Assembly (NCBI GenBank): GCA_965228955.1
Contig: OZ245848.1
Coordinates: 835,879-899,878, forward strand
Direction of reading: 5' to 3'
DNA length: 64,000 bases
Source of the DNA: Cyclobacteriaceae bacterium
GTDB taxonomy: Bacteria > Bacteroidota > Bacteroidia > Cytophagales > Cyclobacteriaceae
This document shows positions 35,817-44,600 of the stretch, piece after piece. Both the position numbers and the translations under genes were made by a program. Under the pieces are notes generated by a model. That model was not told the DNA's origin. It worked only from the letters and a program-made list of their open reading frames with translations, and made no database searches. How positions within the stretch are numbered: position 1 is the first letter of the stretch; every line of letters begins with the position of its first letter.

Positions 35817-36896
35817 CTACTTGTTACTTCTTATAGCGAAAACATCCACTATTTCATGTTTTCCCTTTAGTTCCGGAGAGCCTTTTTCAATGAAATTGTA
35901 AGTTCCATTCCGTTTAAGCTGCGCCACTAGTGATTTGGTGGCGAGGAATGTTTCATTTAATTCATTGCATTTTTTTTCCAGTCGAGCTGCACTGTTTAAT
36001 ACATCACCATGAAACGCCAGCTCTCGTTTTATATCACCGACTTCAGTTATCGTAACTTCTCCAGTATCCATTCCAGCTTTAAAGTAAGGCATGAGATTGT
36101 ATTTTTTTTCGAAGAAACTAGCCCGCTTATCTATAGTTTCTTGAAACTTGAAATAGGCATTAATACAATTGTTATTTTTAATACCATCTTTCTTTGGCCA
36201 ATATAGAACCACTTCATCTCCAACGTATTGATATACCCTGGCATTTGAAGTTTTCAATGCATTAGATAAAAGGTGAAAGCAATCTTTGATGAAGCTGCTG
36301 TATTTTTTGTGCCCTAAGGACTCAGCGATGCTTGTGGAGTTTTTAAGGTCAATGAAGCAGAATATCAACTCCTCCGTTTTTGGTTCCCGGTACTTTCCGA
36401 TTAGGAGATTTAACCATTCATGAGGTCCCAGCTTGCGACTTATTTCGTTAATCCCATTTAGAATAATAATGAAAGAAGCATAGAATAAAACCACTGATAA
36501 TGTGAATCTATAGGAGACAAACTCTAGCATGTACTCAATTTGTTCCTGATCAACAAATTCCATCAAGATGAAAAGGAAGTTCACCATCATGGCGATTATC
36601 AGGAGTGAAAAGAAGTACAAAAGGCTCTTGATCAGAATAATTGCCAAAAATGATTTTTTGCGAATTGCGGAGTTCTCTGCAATATGATTAATCACTGAAA
36701 AAATAAATCCGAATAAGACTCCTTGGAGAAAAATCTCTAAATGAATGTAAGAGGAGTGGAGGTAATCCAGCATAGGACTATCCTCAAAAAAATCATAGTT
36801 GCCAATAATGCTGATAGTAATGTAGAAATACAGTGCTATCCACCAGGCAAGAATGTTAAAAACAGTTTGTTGTAGTGATAAAGTTTTGAGGTTCAT
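35817..36896 (-). CDS. Membrane-anchored class III adenylate/guanylate cyclase
   Basis: About 5-6 N-terminal TM helices. The cyclase homology domain carries 'FCFIDLKNSTSIAE', 'YVGDEVVLYW' and 'HGDVLNSAARLEK'. Confidence 0.85.
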   Translation of the reverse strand: MNLKTLSLQQTVFNILAWWIALYFYITISIIGNYDFFEDSPMLDYLHSSYIHLEIFLQGVLFGFIFSVINHIAENSAIRKKSFLAIILIKSLLYFFSLLIIAMMVNFLFILMEFVDQEQIEYMLEFVSYRFTLSVVLFYASFIIILNGINEISRKLGPHEWLNLLIGKYREPKTEELIFCFIDLKNSTSIAESLGHKKYSSFIKDCFHLLSNALKTSNARVYQYVGDEVVLYWPKKDGIKNNNCINAYFKFQETIDKRASFFEKKYNLMPYFKAGMDTGEVTITEVGDIKRELAFHGDVLNSAARLEKKCNELNETFLATKSLVAQLKRNGTYNFIEKGSPELKGKHEIVDVFAIRSNK

Positions 36897-36905
36897 CCTA
36901 TGAGA

Positions 36906-36957
36906 AATCTCTTGCTACAACAAGGTTAATCAATAATTGACGTGGCAGCAAGAGATT
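36906..36957 (-). promoter_or_regulatory. 11-bp perfect inverted repeat in the 70-nt spacer directly upstream of the cyclase gene
   Basis: 'aatctcttgct' (36906-36916) pairs with 'agcaagagatt' (36947-36957), with a 30-nt loop. Confidence 0.4.
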
Positions 36958-36966
36958 GCTCCTGGC

Positions 36967-37419
36967 TTAATCTACCTTTCTGAGCTTGAAAGTGTATTCT
37001 CCATTATCATCCCAGGCAGTAAAGTTTAATCTCTTCTTAGTTAACCATTGGATATTCCCATAATAAAAGAACGATTCATCATTTACAGAATCATAGAATT
37101 CCATATCAAGGAAAAACTCTCGATCAACATCATCCTGATCATAATATCTTTCTAAGACAACAAACCAATCTCCATCAAATGATTCGTCCAAAGAGTTGTC
37201 TACATAAATAGCAGTCTGATCCGCATGGAAGTGAATTACATCACCTTCGAAATCTTCCAGTACATTATCTCGGAAGAGCGCATTATCTCTCTTGTAAAAT
37301 GCCTTTTCAAATTCCCAGGTTCCTTCAATTTTGTCCTCTCTTCGCTCTACAATTTCTTCATCAGAACAACTGGAGAATAGGACTAGTCCGGTTATAGCAA
37401 GTATTAATAGTTTTTTCAT
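36967..37419 (-). CDS. Small lipoprotein, unknown function
   Basis: Lipobox 'LVLFSSCSDE'; 150 aa, acidic. Confidence 0.6.
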   Translation of the reverse strand: MKKLLILAITGLVLFSSCSDEEIVERREDKIEGTWEFEKAFYKRDNALFRDNVLEDFEGDVIHFHADQTAIYVDNSLDESFDGDWFVVLERYYDQDDVDREFFLDMEFYDSVNDESFFYYGNIQWLTKKRLNFTAWDDNGEYTFKLRKVD

Positions 37420-37467
37420 TGTGTTGACCTTTTGTGAGTTGTTTAGATCATTACAAATTCCTTGCCA

Positions 37468-37500
37468 TAAAAAAAGGAACCTGAATTCAGATTCCTTTTT
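37468..37500 (-). terminator. Strong intrinsic terminator after the RND/TolC operon
   Basis: Near-perfect 32-nt palindrome 'aaaaaaaggaacctgaattcagattccttttt'. On the minus strand the hairpin is followed by a T7 run. Confidence 0.8.
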
Positions 37501-37525
37501 CTATATGTTTGGATGCTCAGACTAA

Positions 37526-38845
37526 TTACTGAACCAGCATTCCTGCATATAAATAAAGATTAACTTCTGCTAGTTTAGTCTGTATTTTCTGAACACTGAG
37601 ATTGTATTTAGCATTAGCCAAATTCAATTGTGATTCCCTCAATTCAATTCCAGTAATCTGCCCAGTGCTGAAAGCTTCCTGGCTTCTGGAATAATTGGTT
37701 TCAGCCAGATTCAGACTCCTTTGGCTTAATTCCAACATTTTTAGATTCGTTGAGAAATCCTGATAAGCATTTATAATATTAGTTCTTAGATTGTTTTCAG
37801 CTTTTTGCAAGTTGTATTGCTGAGATTCCATTTGAATTTTAGCATTTGCCTGCTCTCTTTTCCGGTTACCACCATTGAATATGGTATAAGAAAGATTCAA
37901 TCCTGCATTCCACCCAAGGCTTTCATTTGACTGAAGGAAATTGGCATCATACGAAGTATTGCTAAATGTATAACCACCTGAAAGATCCAATCTTGGAAAC
38001 ATATTGGCTTTTGTAAGGTCCATATCCAACTTTGATGAATTTAAGGCTTCATTTGCAAGCAGGTACTCAGCATTGTTTGCTTCAGCTTGATCTAAAATCG
38101 TTCCGAGTACCAATTCCTCTGAGTAATTAAAACTATTGGATATTGTATACTTGGAATCAGGAGCTATACCGAGAGTATTACTCAGGGTTGTTCTAGCCTT
38201 TTCAAAAGAAAGCTGAGCTTGAGCCAAACTGGTACTATCATTACTGAGGTCAACTTCTGCATTCAGTAATTCAAGTTTGCTGAAATTCCCGAAAGCGTAT
38301 TTTTCCTTAGCTCTGATATATCTGTGTTGAGAAATTTCAAGTGATTCTTGTGATATCTGATAAGCGTCAAACAAGTTCAATGTTTCCAGATACTGACGAA
38401 TCACTAACGATATAGACTGCTCTATCAACTGCCTCTCTTGAAGACCACCCTGAGTTGCGGCATTTTGCAACTTCTTGTAGGTGTAGGTCCGAGAACCACC
38501 ACTGAATATATTGTAGTTTACATTTACCCCAGCGCTTATACTAGTTGTAGCAGCACCACTCGCATCAATTGGAGGTTGTTCTGGATTTGCAAACTCTGTT
38601 CTGGTATCAGAAACGGTATAATTATATCCCCCGGTTAATGAAACAGTTGGTAAGAATCCTGCATTTCCTAATGTGGCATTATTCTCGCCAATAGACTTGT
38701 TGTTCTTGGCTATTTTGATATCGAAGTTGTTTTCTAATGCCAATCCTATTGCGTCCTCAATTGTTAGTGTCTCTGGAATTTCCTGAGCATTTATCGATCC
38801 AATCACTATGAATGAAGCGACGAATAGCGTCTTAAAGATTTTCAT
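37526..38845 (-). CDS. TolC-family outer-membrane efflux protein
   Basis: Signal peptide and two OEP repeats. It is the last gene of the RND operon, with a 14-nt overlap with the pump gene. Confidence 0.9.
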   Translation of the reverse strand: MKIFKTLFVASFIVIGSINAQEIPETLTIEDAIGLALENNFDIKIAKNNKSIGENNATLGNAGFLPTVSLTGGYNYTVSDTRTEFANPEQPPIDASGAATTSISAGVNVNYNIFSGGSRTYTYKKLQNAATQGGLQERQLIEQSISLVIRQYLETLNLFDAYQISQESLEISQHRYIRAKEKYAFGNFSKLELLNAEVDLSNDSTSLAQAQLSFEKARTTLSNTLGIAPDSKYTISNSFNYSEELVLGTILDQAEANNAEYLLANEALNSSKLDMDLTKANMFPRLDLSGGYTFSNTSYDANFLQSNESLGWNAGLNLSYTIFNGGNRKREQANAKIQMESQQYNLQKAENNLRTNIINAYQDFSTNLKMLELSQRSLNLAETNYSRSQEAFSTGQITGIELRESQLNLANAKYNLSVQKIQTKLAEVNLYLYAGMLVQ

Positions 38846-41800
38846 AATGAACTTCGTTTTTCTGTCTTATAATTGCTTTCTCTACTTCTTCATTAGTAGG
38901 CCTTTTACCTTCCCACAACCAGCTGATATAAACCTTTGCACGATTAAAAGTGGAAAGAAAAATCGGGAGCATAAGGGATAAGAATAATGATCCAACTAAC
39001 AAGCCATATGCAATAGTAATCGCCATAGGAATAAGAAATTGTGCCTGGAAGCTTTTCTCCACAATCAATGGAGCCAGCCCTGCTGCTGTGGTGATAGTAG
39101 TAAGGAATATAGGTCTGAAACGACTTAGTGCTGTTTCCTTTAGAGCATCATCGTATTTGAGGCCTTGTTTGAGATACTTGTTGAAGGCTCCAACAAACAC
39201 GAGTCCATCATTCACGATAACACCAATTAATGCTATGAAACCAAGAAATGACAGCAGCGAAATTGGAAGTCCATGAATAAAGTGTCCCCATCCCATTCCT
39301 ACAATTCCAAATGGAACAACTAATAGCAGTGCGACTGATTGACTTAATGACCTAAATGTCATGATCAATAATGAAAGCATAATGACCAATACAATCGGCC
39401 CCACTTTTTTAACTGAATTTTGAAGCTTTGCAGTTTCACGCTGCTGACCATCCAGTGCAATCGCTACATCTGGATATCGTTGAGCTATCACAGGAATTAC
39501 ATCTGATGCTACTGTGCTAATCAATTCAGTCGAACTAACATCAAAAGAAGCAACCTCACCTTTAACTGATATTTGCCTTTTGCCATCAAGATGGTTTATA
39601 GCGATTAAACCATTCTTAGGAGTGATGTTGGCAATTTCTCCTACTGGAACCAATTCACCAGATGGAGATTTTACTCTCATTTGTTTCAGCTCCTCAATGC
39701 TATCCCTGTCCTCAATGTTGTATCTCACCCAAATTTTCACTTCATCATCACCACGCTGAAGTCTTTGTGCTTCAAAACCAAAGAATCCATTTCTTATCTG
39801 TCTTATGACATTTTGAGGAGTGAACCCAAGAGCTCTTCCGGCTTCATTCAATGTGACATTCACTTCTGGTTGATCGGCCCTATCATTTGTGACAATGTCC
39901 TTTGCCATTCCTGTCTTTTCCACTTCTACTTTGAAGTCACTAACAGCAGCTCTTATCCGGTCAAAATTTTCACCAGAAAACGAAACATCAAGGGGCTTTC
40001 CGAATGGGGTTGCTGTTTCAAAGCTTAATTGTTCGGCTTGCGGAACTGGTCCCACAGCGTCACGAATGTCACCAGCTACTTCAAAACTTCGAAGATCTCT
40101 CATTTCAGAAGAGACGAGATAAAATGTTGCTTTTGCTTTATTGCTTCCAGGCCCAAGAACTATTTCCCTATCTGTGATTATGGATTGATTGAGCTCTGTT
40201 TGATAACGCTCTTCCAGCTTCAGGGTAGCTTGTTCAATATCAAGCATAATAGCCTCGGTGATTTCTTCAGCTGTACCAGATGGTAGTTCTAGTGTAACGG
40301 TTACCTGAGTTTGCTCAATATTTGGGAAGAAGGTGGTTTTTATGATCCCAGCTTTTATTGCTCCAAAAGTGATAATCAAGGATCCAACAACCACCATGAA
40401 TCCGAAAATCTTGTATTTCAGAAAGAACTCTAAGATTGGCTTAAAAAACCAGTCTCGAAATCTGATTAAGAGATTCTCGACATATAATTTGATCTTGCTT
40501 GGATGAGCTTCTTCTGTTAGATCTTTGATATGAGCTAGGTGTGCTGGAAGGAATAGGATCACTTCCACTAATGAAAATAGTAAGGCTGCAATTACCACAA
40601 AAGCCACATCCGAAAAGAAGAATCCAAGTCTACCGTCAATGAAAAAGAAGAACCCAAATGCAACACAGGTCGTTGTGATTGCTGATAGAATAGCAGGTAG
40701 AACTTCCATGGTGCCATCTAGTACAGCTCTAAATTTAGTCTTTCCTCTTTCGTAATGCTGAAATACGTTTTCACCTACTACAATACCATCATCTACCAGA
40801 ATTCCTACCACCAGAATCATCCCAAAAAGAGAGAGTACATTAATGGTAATTCCATAGAGATTGGCTAGAATGAACATGCCAAGGAACGATATGGGTATCC
40901 CAACTGCAACCCAGAAAGCTAGTCTGATTCTTAAAAACAGTGTCAAAATGATAAATACCAGAATAGCACCAATAACACCGTTTTCTGTTAAAAGGTCAAT
41001 TCTTTCATTTAATACGACTGTTCCGTCATTGATCAGAACAGCTGAGACGACAGTGTTTTGATCATTGAATGATTCCATGAAACCAATTACTGCCTCTGCG
41101 GCATCAAGAATGTTTTCCTCATTAAGCGTATTCACAGTTATAAGTACTGCTTGTTGGCCATTGAAGTAAGCTTTGTTTGTAGTTTCTGCCCAGTCATCGG
41201 ATATGATTGCCACATCTTTAATCCGCACCACATTTCCGTCAGATTGAGTCTTTACAACCAGTTCTTTAATCTGATTGGCATTGTAATATTTCTGATCAGA
41301 CCGTATAATTACTTCATTTTCAGCTTTTACAGTTCCTCCGGTAGTCTGGATATTTTCTCTTTGAATAGCAATTGCCACATCCTCAAAAGTTAGATTGTAA
41401 GCTCTTAATTTGCTCTCCTGAAGTGAGACTTCAATCTCTTCAGCTGTATAACCCGAGAGTTTAATTTTTGAAACATTTGGTAGATTCCTGATCCCATCTT
41501 CAAAAGCCTCAGCACTTTCTTTTAAGGTTGCTAATGGAACATCTCCTACAATCGCAACTTTAACTGTGAAGTTTTCATTTTCCCTCACGTAAACCACTAG
41601 ATTTTCAAGATCATCAGGAAAATTGCTAATTCTGTCTACCGCATTTTTTACATCTTGCAGAACCAGATCCGCATTTTGCCCAAGTTTTAGCTCAACTGTG
41701 ATACTGGCTGTGTTCTCTGTAGACGTGGAAGTGATCCTGTCTATTCCAGAAACTGACTTAAGATTTTCTTCGATTTTTAAAACGATTCCTTCTTCAACCT

Positions 41801-41975
41801 CTTCTGGAGAAGCTCCAGGGTAAGTAGCCTCGATATTGATAAATCGCTCTTCTTCATTTGGGAAGAATGATGAGTTCATCCTTGACAAAAGAACTATCCC
41901 AAAGAAGGTGACTAACAGCATGCCCATATTGACAAGCAAGCTGTTTTTAATAAAGAATAATACAACTTTCTTCAT
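38832..41975 (-). CDS. RND (AcrB/AcrD/AcrF-family) efflux permease
   Basis: 1047 aa with a 12-TM layout and two large periplasmic loops; 'VVGILVDDGIVVGEN' motif. Confidence 0.93.
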   Translation of the reverse strand: MKKVVLFFIKNSLLVNMGMLLVTFFGIVLLSRMNSSFFPNEEERFINIEATYPGASPEEVEEGIVLKIEENLKSVSGIDRITSTSTENTASITVELKLGQNADLVLQDVKNAVDRISNFPDDLENLVVYVRENENFTVKVAIVGDVPLATLKESAEAFEDGIRNLPNVSKIKLSGYTAEEIEVSLQESKLRAYNLTFEDVAIAIQRENIQTTGGTVKAENEVIIRSDQKYYNANQIKELVVKTQSDGNVVRIKDVAIISDDWAETTNKAYFNGQQAVLITVNTLNEENILDAAEAVIGFMESFNDQNTVVSAVLINDGTVVLNERIDLLTENGVIGAILVFIILTLFLRIRLAFWVAVGIPISFLGMFILANLYGITINVLSLFGMILVVGILVDDGIVVGENVFQHYERGKTKFRAVLDGTMEVLPAILSAITTTCVAFGFFFFIDGRLGFFFSDVAFVVIAALLFSLVEVILFLPAHLAHIKDLTEEAHPSKIKLYVENLLIRFRDWFFKPILEFFLKYKIFGFMVVVGSLIITFGAIKAGIIKTTFFPNIEQTQVTVTLELPSGTAEEITEAIMLDIEQATLKLEERYQTELNQSIITDREIVLGPGSNKAKATFYLVSSEMRDLRSFEVAGDIRDAVGPVPQAEQLSFETATPFGKPLDVSFSGENFDRIRAAVSDFKVEVEKTGMAKDIVTNDRADQPEVNVTLNEAGRALGFTPQNVIRQIRNGFFGFEAQRLQRGDDEVKIWVRYNIEDRDSIEELKQMRVKSPSGELVPVGEIANITPKNGLIAINHLDGKRQISVKGEVASFDVSSTELISTVASDVIPVIAQRYPDVAIALDGQQRETAKLQNSVKKVGPIVLVIMLSLLIMTFRSLSQSVALLLVVPFGIVGMGWGHFIHGLPISLLSFLGFIALIGVIVNDGLVFVGAFNKYLKQGLKYDDALKETALSRFRPIFLTTITTAAGLAPLIVEKSFQAQFLIPMAITIAYGLLVGSLFLSLMLPIFLSTFNRAKVYISWLWEGKRPTNEEVEKAIIRQKNEVHYENL

Positions 41976-41976
41976 A

Positions 41977-43089
41977 TTACATTGCTATTACTGTGCTACC
42001 TTCAAAAGCGCTATTCTTCTTATCAATAATTACTTCTGCTCCTTCGGGAACTCCAGTAGCAATAAATACGCTTGCGTCTTGTGAGATAACCTTGATAGGT
42101 TGTTTTGAGGCCTTCCCGTTCACAACAAGGAATACAAACTGATTTTCTACCAGAGACTGAATTGGAAGTTTGACTGCTTCCTGCACCAAGGAGGTAGATA
42201 CATCTCCTCGTAGATATAGGCCACTTTTTAAATTGGTGTCATTTAACTGGAAGTAAACTTTTACCAATTGAGTATTTGGGTCTACTTTCTCATTTATCCT
42301 GACCAATTTTCCGGTGTATACATTATCGGTGTTTATATCTGTAAACCCGATCTGCATTCCTTTTTTAAGGTAGTTTAGTTGGTCGTAAGGTACGGAACCT
42401 TCCAGTTCGAACAATCCTGACTTGATAAACTCACCAAGCTTTTGCCCAGAGCGAACTAATGTTCCCTGGTTAATACTTGCATCTGTGAGTGAGCCTGTGA
42501 ATGGAGCTCTGATTACATATTTAGAAAGTCTGGTTTCAGCTTCTTTGATTCCGTAGTAGGAGGAGTAAATATTTCTTCCTGTAAGGAATAGTTTGAGTTG
42601 TTCGCTTTTTACTTCTGGAAGTATTGGGAGTGATTTGGATACATCTAGTTTAATCATATAATCTTTCCATGTGGGATAGACATCTGGGTAGTCGAGCTTT
42701 AGGTCTGGAAGAACCTGAGCCAGAGTACTCATGAATTGACTTTTAGTAGAGGAAAGAGAACTTGAAAACTCTCTGGAATCTATTCTCAATAAAACATCTC
42801 CTTTTTTGAATGAAGTTCCCGCTTTAAAGGGTTTTGAACCATAACTGGAAATGCCATTAACCTCAGCAAACAGATCAACTCTTTCTGCCGCAATGACACG
42901 ACCTGTCACTTGTATGCTTGCATTTACTTCACCCACAGAGACTTTGGCAGTACGCACTACAGTAGCAACTTCTTTGTCTTTCTCCTGGGTCGATTCAGGT
43001 TTTGGAGAGGATAAATTAGATGATATCACAAATGACATCACCAAAATCCCAACTCCTATGAGACTGATTATTAATTTTCTCTTGTTCAT
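41977..43089 (-). CDS. RND periplasmic adaptor (membrane fusion protein)
   Basis: N-terminal anchor with a barrel-sandwich/HlyD-like pattern. Tightly packed between the tetR and RND genes. Confidence 0.88.
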   Translation of the reverse strand: MNKRKLIISLIGVGILVMSFVISSNLSSPKPESTQEKDKEVATVVRTAKVSVGEVNASIQVTGRVIAAERVDLFAEVNGISSYGSKPFKAGTSFKKGDVLLRIDSREFSSSLSSTKSQFMSTLAQVLPDLKLDYPDVYPTWKDYMIKLDVSKSLPILPEVKSEQLKLFLTGRNIYSSYYGIKEAETRLSKYVIRAPFTGSLTDASINQGTLVRSGQKLGEFIKSGLFELEGSVPYDQLNYLKKGMQIGFTDINTDNVYTGKLVRINEKVDPNTQLVKVYFQLNDTNLKSGLYLRGDVSTSLVQEAVKLPIQSLVENQFVFLVVNGKASKQPIKVISQDASVFIATGVPEGAEVIIDKKNSAFEGSTVIAM

Positions 43090-43703
43090 CGGTTTGATTT
43101 TATACTTTCTATGAATCTTTTAATCGCGTTTATAAATAGGCTTCCCATTTCACTGTCAGGAACCAGAAAGTCAACTTTCATCTTTTTGGCCATTTCCATT
43201 TTGTCATTGAAATAGGTGTATCCTTTGATAAGGCAAATCATATTAAGGAAGTATTCCTGCGACTTCTCTGGTTCGCCAGATATGATAGCCAGTTGTTGGA
43301 ATACATAGTCCTTGAGTTTAGCCATGGATTTCATGAGTTCCATCTTTTGCCAGCCAGGATTATCTGCATCGAACATCATATGATGTAGGGTAGGATTGTC
43401 AATGACAAACTTCATTCGCACTCTTGCCAGCTCCATAATTTTATCTTCAGGTGTATCGGCATTTTCCATTGCTGAAATAGTTGTGCTGGAGAGTTTGTGA
43501 AACCCGTCTTGTACAAGATGCTTGTAAAGGTCGTCCTTGTTTTTGAAGTGTTCATAAACAATAGGAGCAGAGTATAGCACCTTATCGGCAATCTTTCGGA
43601 TCGTTACTCCACCCCAGCCTTCTTCTCGTGCCAGTTCAAGTGCAGCATCCTTGATCGATTGCTTAGTTTTTTCCTTGCGGAGTTCTTTGTTTGTTAACGT
43701 CAT
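43086..43703 (-). CDS. TetR/AcrR-family regulator, first gene of the efflux operon
   Basis: HTH 'GWGGVTIRKIADKVLYSAPIVYEHFKNKDD'. 4-nt overlap with the adaptor gene. Confidence 0.85.
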   Translation of the reverse strand: MTLTNKELRKEKTKQSIKDAALELAREEGWGGVTIRKIADKVLYSAPIVYEHFKNKDDLYKHLVQDGFHKLSSTTISAMENADTPEDKIMELARVRMKFVIDNPTLHHMMFDADNPGWQKMELMKSMAKLKDYVFQQLAIISGEPEKSQEYFLNMICLIKGYTYFNDKMEMAKKMKVDFLVPDSEMGSLFINAIKRFIESIKSNR

Positions 43704-43710
43704 TATAAAA

Positions 43711-43727
43711 ATCTAACAATGTTAGAT
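43711..43727. promoter_or_regulatory. 17-bp palindrome upstream of the efflux-operon TetR gene (candidate operator)
   Basis: 'atctaaca a tgttagat' lies 8 nt upstream of the ATG. A weaker 'taac gat gtta' follows at about 43733-43743. Confidence 0.6.
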
Positions 43728-43799
43728 AAATGTAACGATGTTAAGTAAGAATTGTTTGATTGATTTTGAGAATTTGTTGGGTTTGGGAGTTTCGGGTTT

Positions 43800-43829
43800 A
43801 ATCAGAGTCCTTTTCAAGAGACTCTGATT
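43800..43829 (+). repeat. REP hairpin copy 1
   Basis: 'aatcagagtc cttttcaaga gactctgatt', a 10-bp perfect stem followed by ggg. Confidence 0.8.
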
Positions 43830-43873
43830 GGGGTAGTTGCCCCGCCTATCAATCCGGTTAAACCACGATTCTC

Positions 43874-43903
43874 GATCAGAGTCTCTCGAAGAGGACTCTG
43901 ATC
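43874..43903 (-). repeat. REP hairpin copy 2 (inverted orientation; forms a REPIN-like doublet with copy 1)
   Basis: 'gatcagagtc tctcgaagag gactctgatc'. Its loop is the exact reverse complement of the copy 3 loop. Confidence 0.8.
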
Positions 43904-43932
43904 ACAAACGTAAAATCAAATGGGATTTGATA

Positions 43933-44499
43933 TTAACCCCAAATTTCCTTGTAATGAGTTATGTATGGAATAGGTACACCAAATTCATAAAGTCCAGCAC
44001 TGCAATGAGTATATTGAGACCAATCATCAGCTAGTTTCCAGTTTCCACTTGTTGGGTTCCTGTGAATGTAATCCAACTTGGTTTCAACCGTATTCCTTGA
44101 ATAGCATTGTTTTGCATCAAATGACAATTGAAATACTTGATGAAGTTTACCTTTTCTCCTTTCATTTCTATCTACATCGTTCTCAAGAGTTTCAAGAATT
44201 GTAGTTTGATTGCTTGATTTGAGTCTCTTAATTATTTCATATGCAAGGAATCTCTTTCCGTTTCCAATTAGTTGGTTTAGGTTTTTAGGACATTCCTCAT
44301 GCAGATGTAGTAGGCCATGGAAATGATTAGGCATTATCACATAAGCTAATATTGAGACTTTGTTTTTGATCAGATAATTAAACCATTTATCGAAGTAATT
44401 GTAGCAATTCGTAATCTCAAATAAATGTAACCATTTATGTCATGTGAAGGTGACGAAATAAGTCTCTGATTTTGATAGATGTAATTGATGAGTTGACAT
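43933..44499 (-). pseudogene. REP-associated Y1/HUH transposase (RAYT, IS200/IS605-like) interrupted by one in-frame TGA
   Basis: My manual translation of the minus strand gives 'MSTHQLHLSKSETYFVTFT*HKWLHLFEITNCYNYFDKWFNYLIKNKVSILAYVIMPNHFHGLLHL...LDYIHRNP'. The stop lies at 44440-44442. The 'HFH' HUH motif and the 'YIHRNP' catalytic Tyr motif are intact. The ORF track shows only the fragment downstream of the stop. Confidence 0.75.
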
Positions 44500-44525
44500 T
44501 TGGTAAATATACTTCGTTTCTGGTA

Positions 44526-44555
44526 AATCAGAGTCCTCTTCGAGAGACTCTGATT
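44526..44555 (+). repeat. REP hairpin copy 3
   Basis: 'aatcagagtc ctcttcgaga gactctgatt' followed by ggg. It lies just downstream of the ABC-F stop and upstream of the RAYT start. Confidence 0.8.
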
Positions 44556-44600
44556 GGGCATAAAAAGGAATACTGCAACTCGCTTCATTTCGCAACCAAA

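Larger units (their letters stand above)
43800..44555 (-). mobile_element. REPtron-like unit: decayed RAYT gene flanked by three copies of a 30-nt REP hairpin
   Basis: The hairpins 'AATCAGAGTC-N10-GACTCTGATT' occur at 43800-43829, 43874-43903 (inverted) and 44526-44555 and bracket the transposase gene. Confidence 0.6.

Noticed and set aside
35817-36896. The nucleotide cyclase, considered as part of a CBASS/Pycsar-type defence system.
   Set aside because: It is a class III cyclase homology domain with a polytopic membrane anchor, not a CD-NTase or Pycsar cyclase. No effector gene is adjacent.
38950-41393. Many 65-115-aa plus-strand ORFs inside the RND pump gene, with similar antisense ORFs inside paaZ, the thiolase gene, paaH, ftsK and others.
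   Set aside because: They lie antisense to long, motif-rich genes. Their low-complexity composition is typical of shadow ORFs in AT-rich DNA.
44440-44442. The in-frame TGA in the RAYT gene, considered as selenocysteine or programmed read-through.
   Set aside because: TGA is used as an ordinary stop elsewhere in the window (for example paaI at 16992). No SECIS-like hairpin follows. The aligned position in this family is normally an ordinary residue. A nonsense mutation is the simpler reading, although a sequencing error cannot be excluded.
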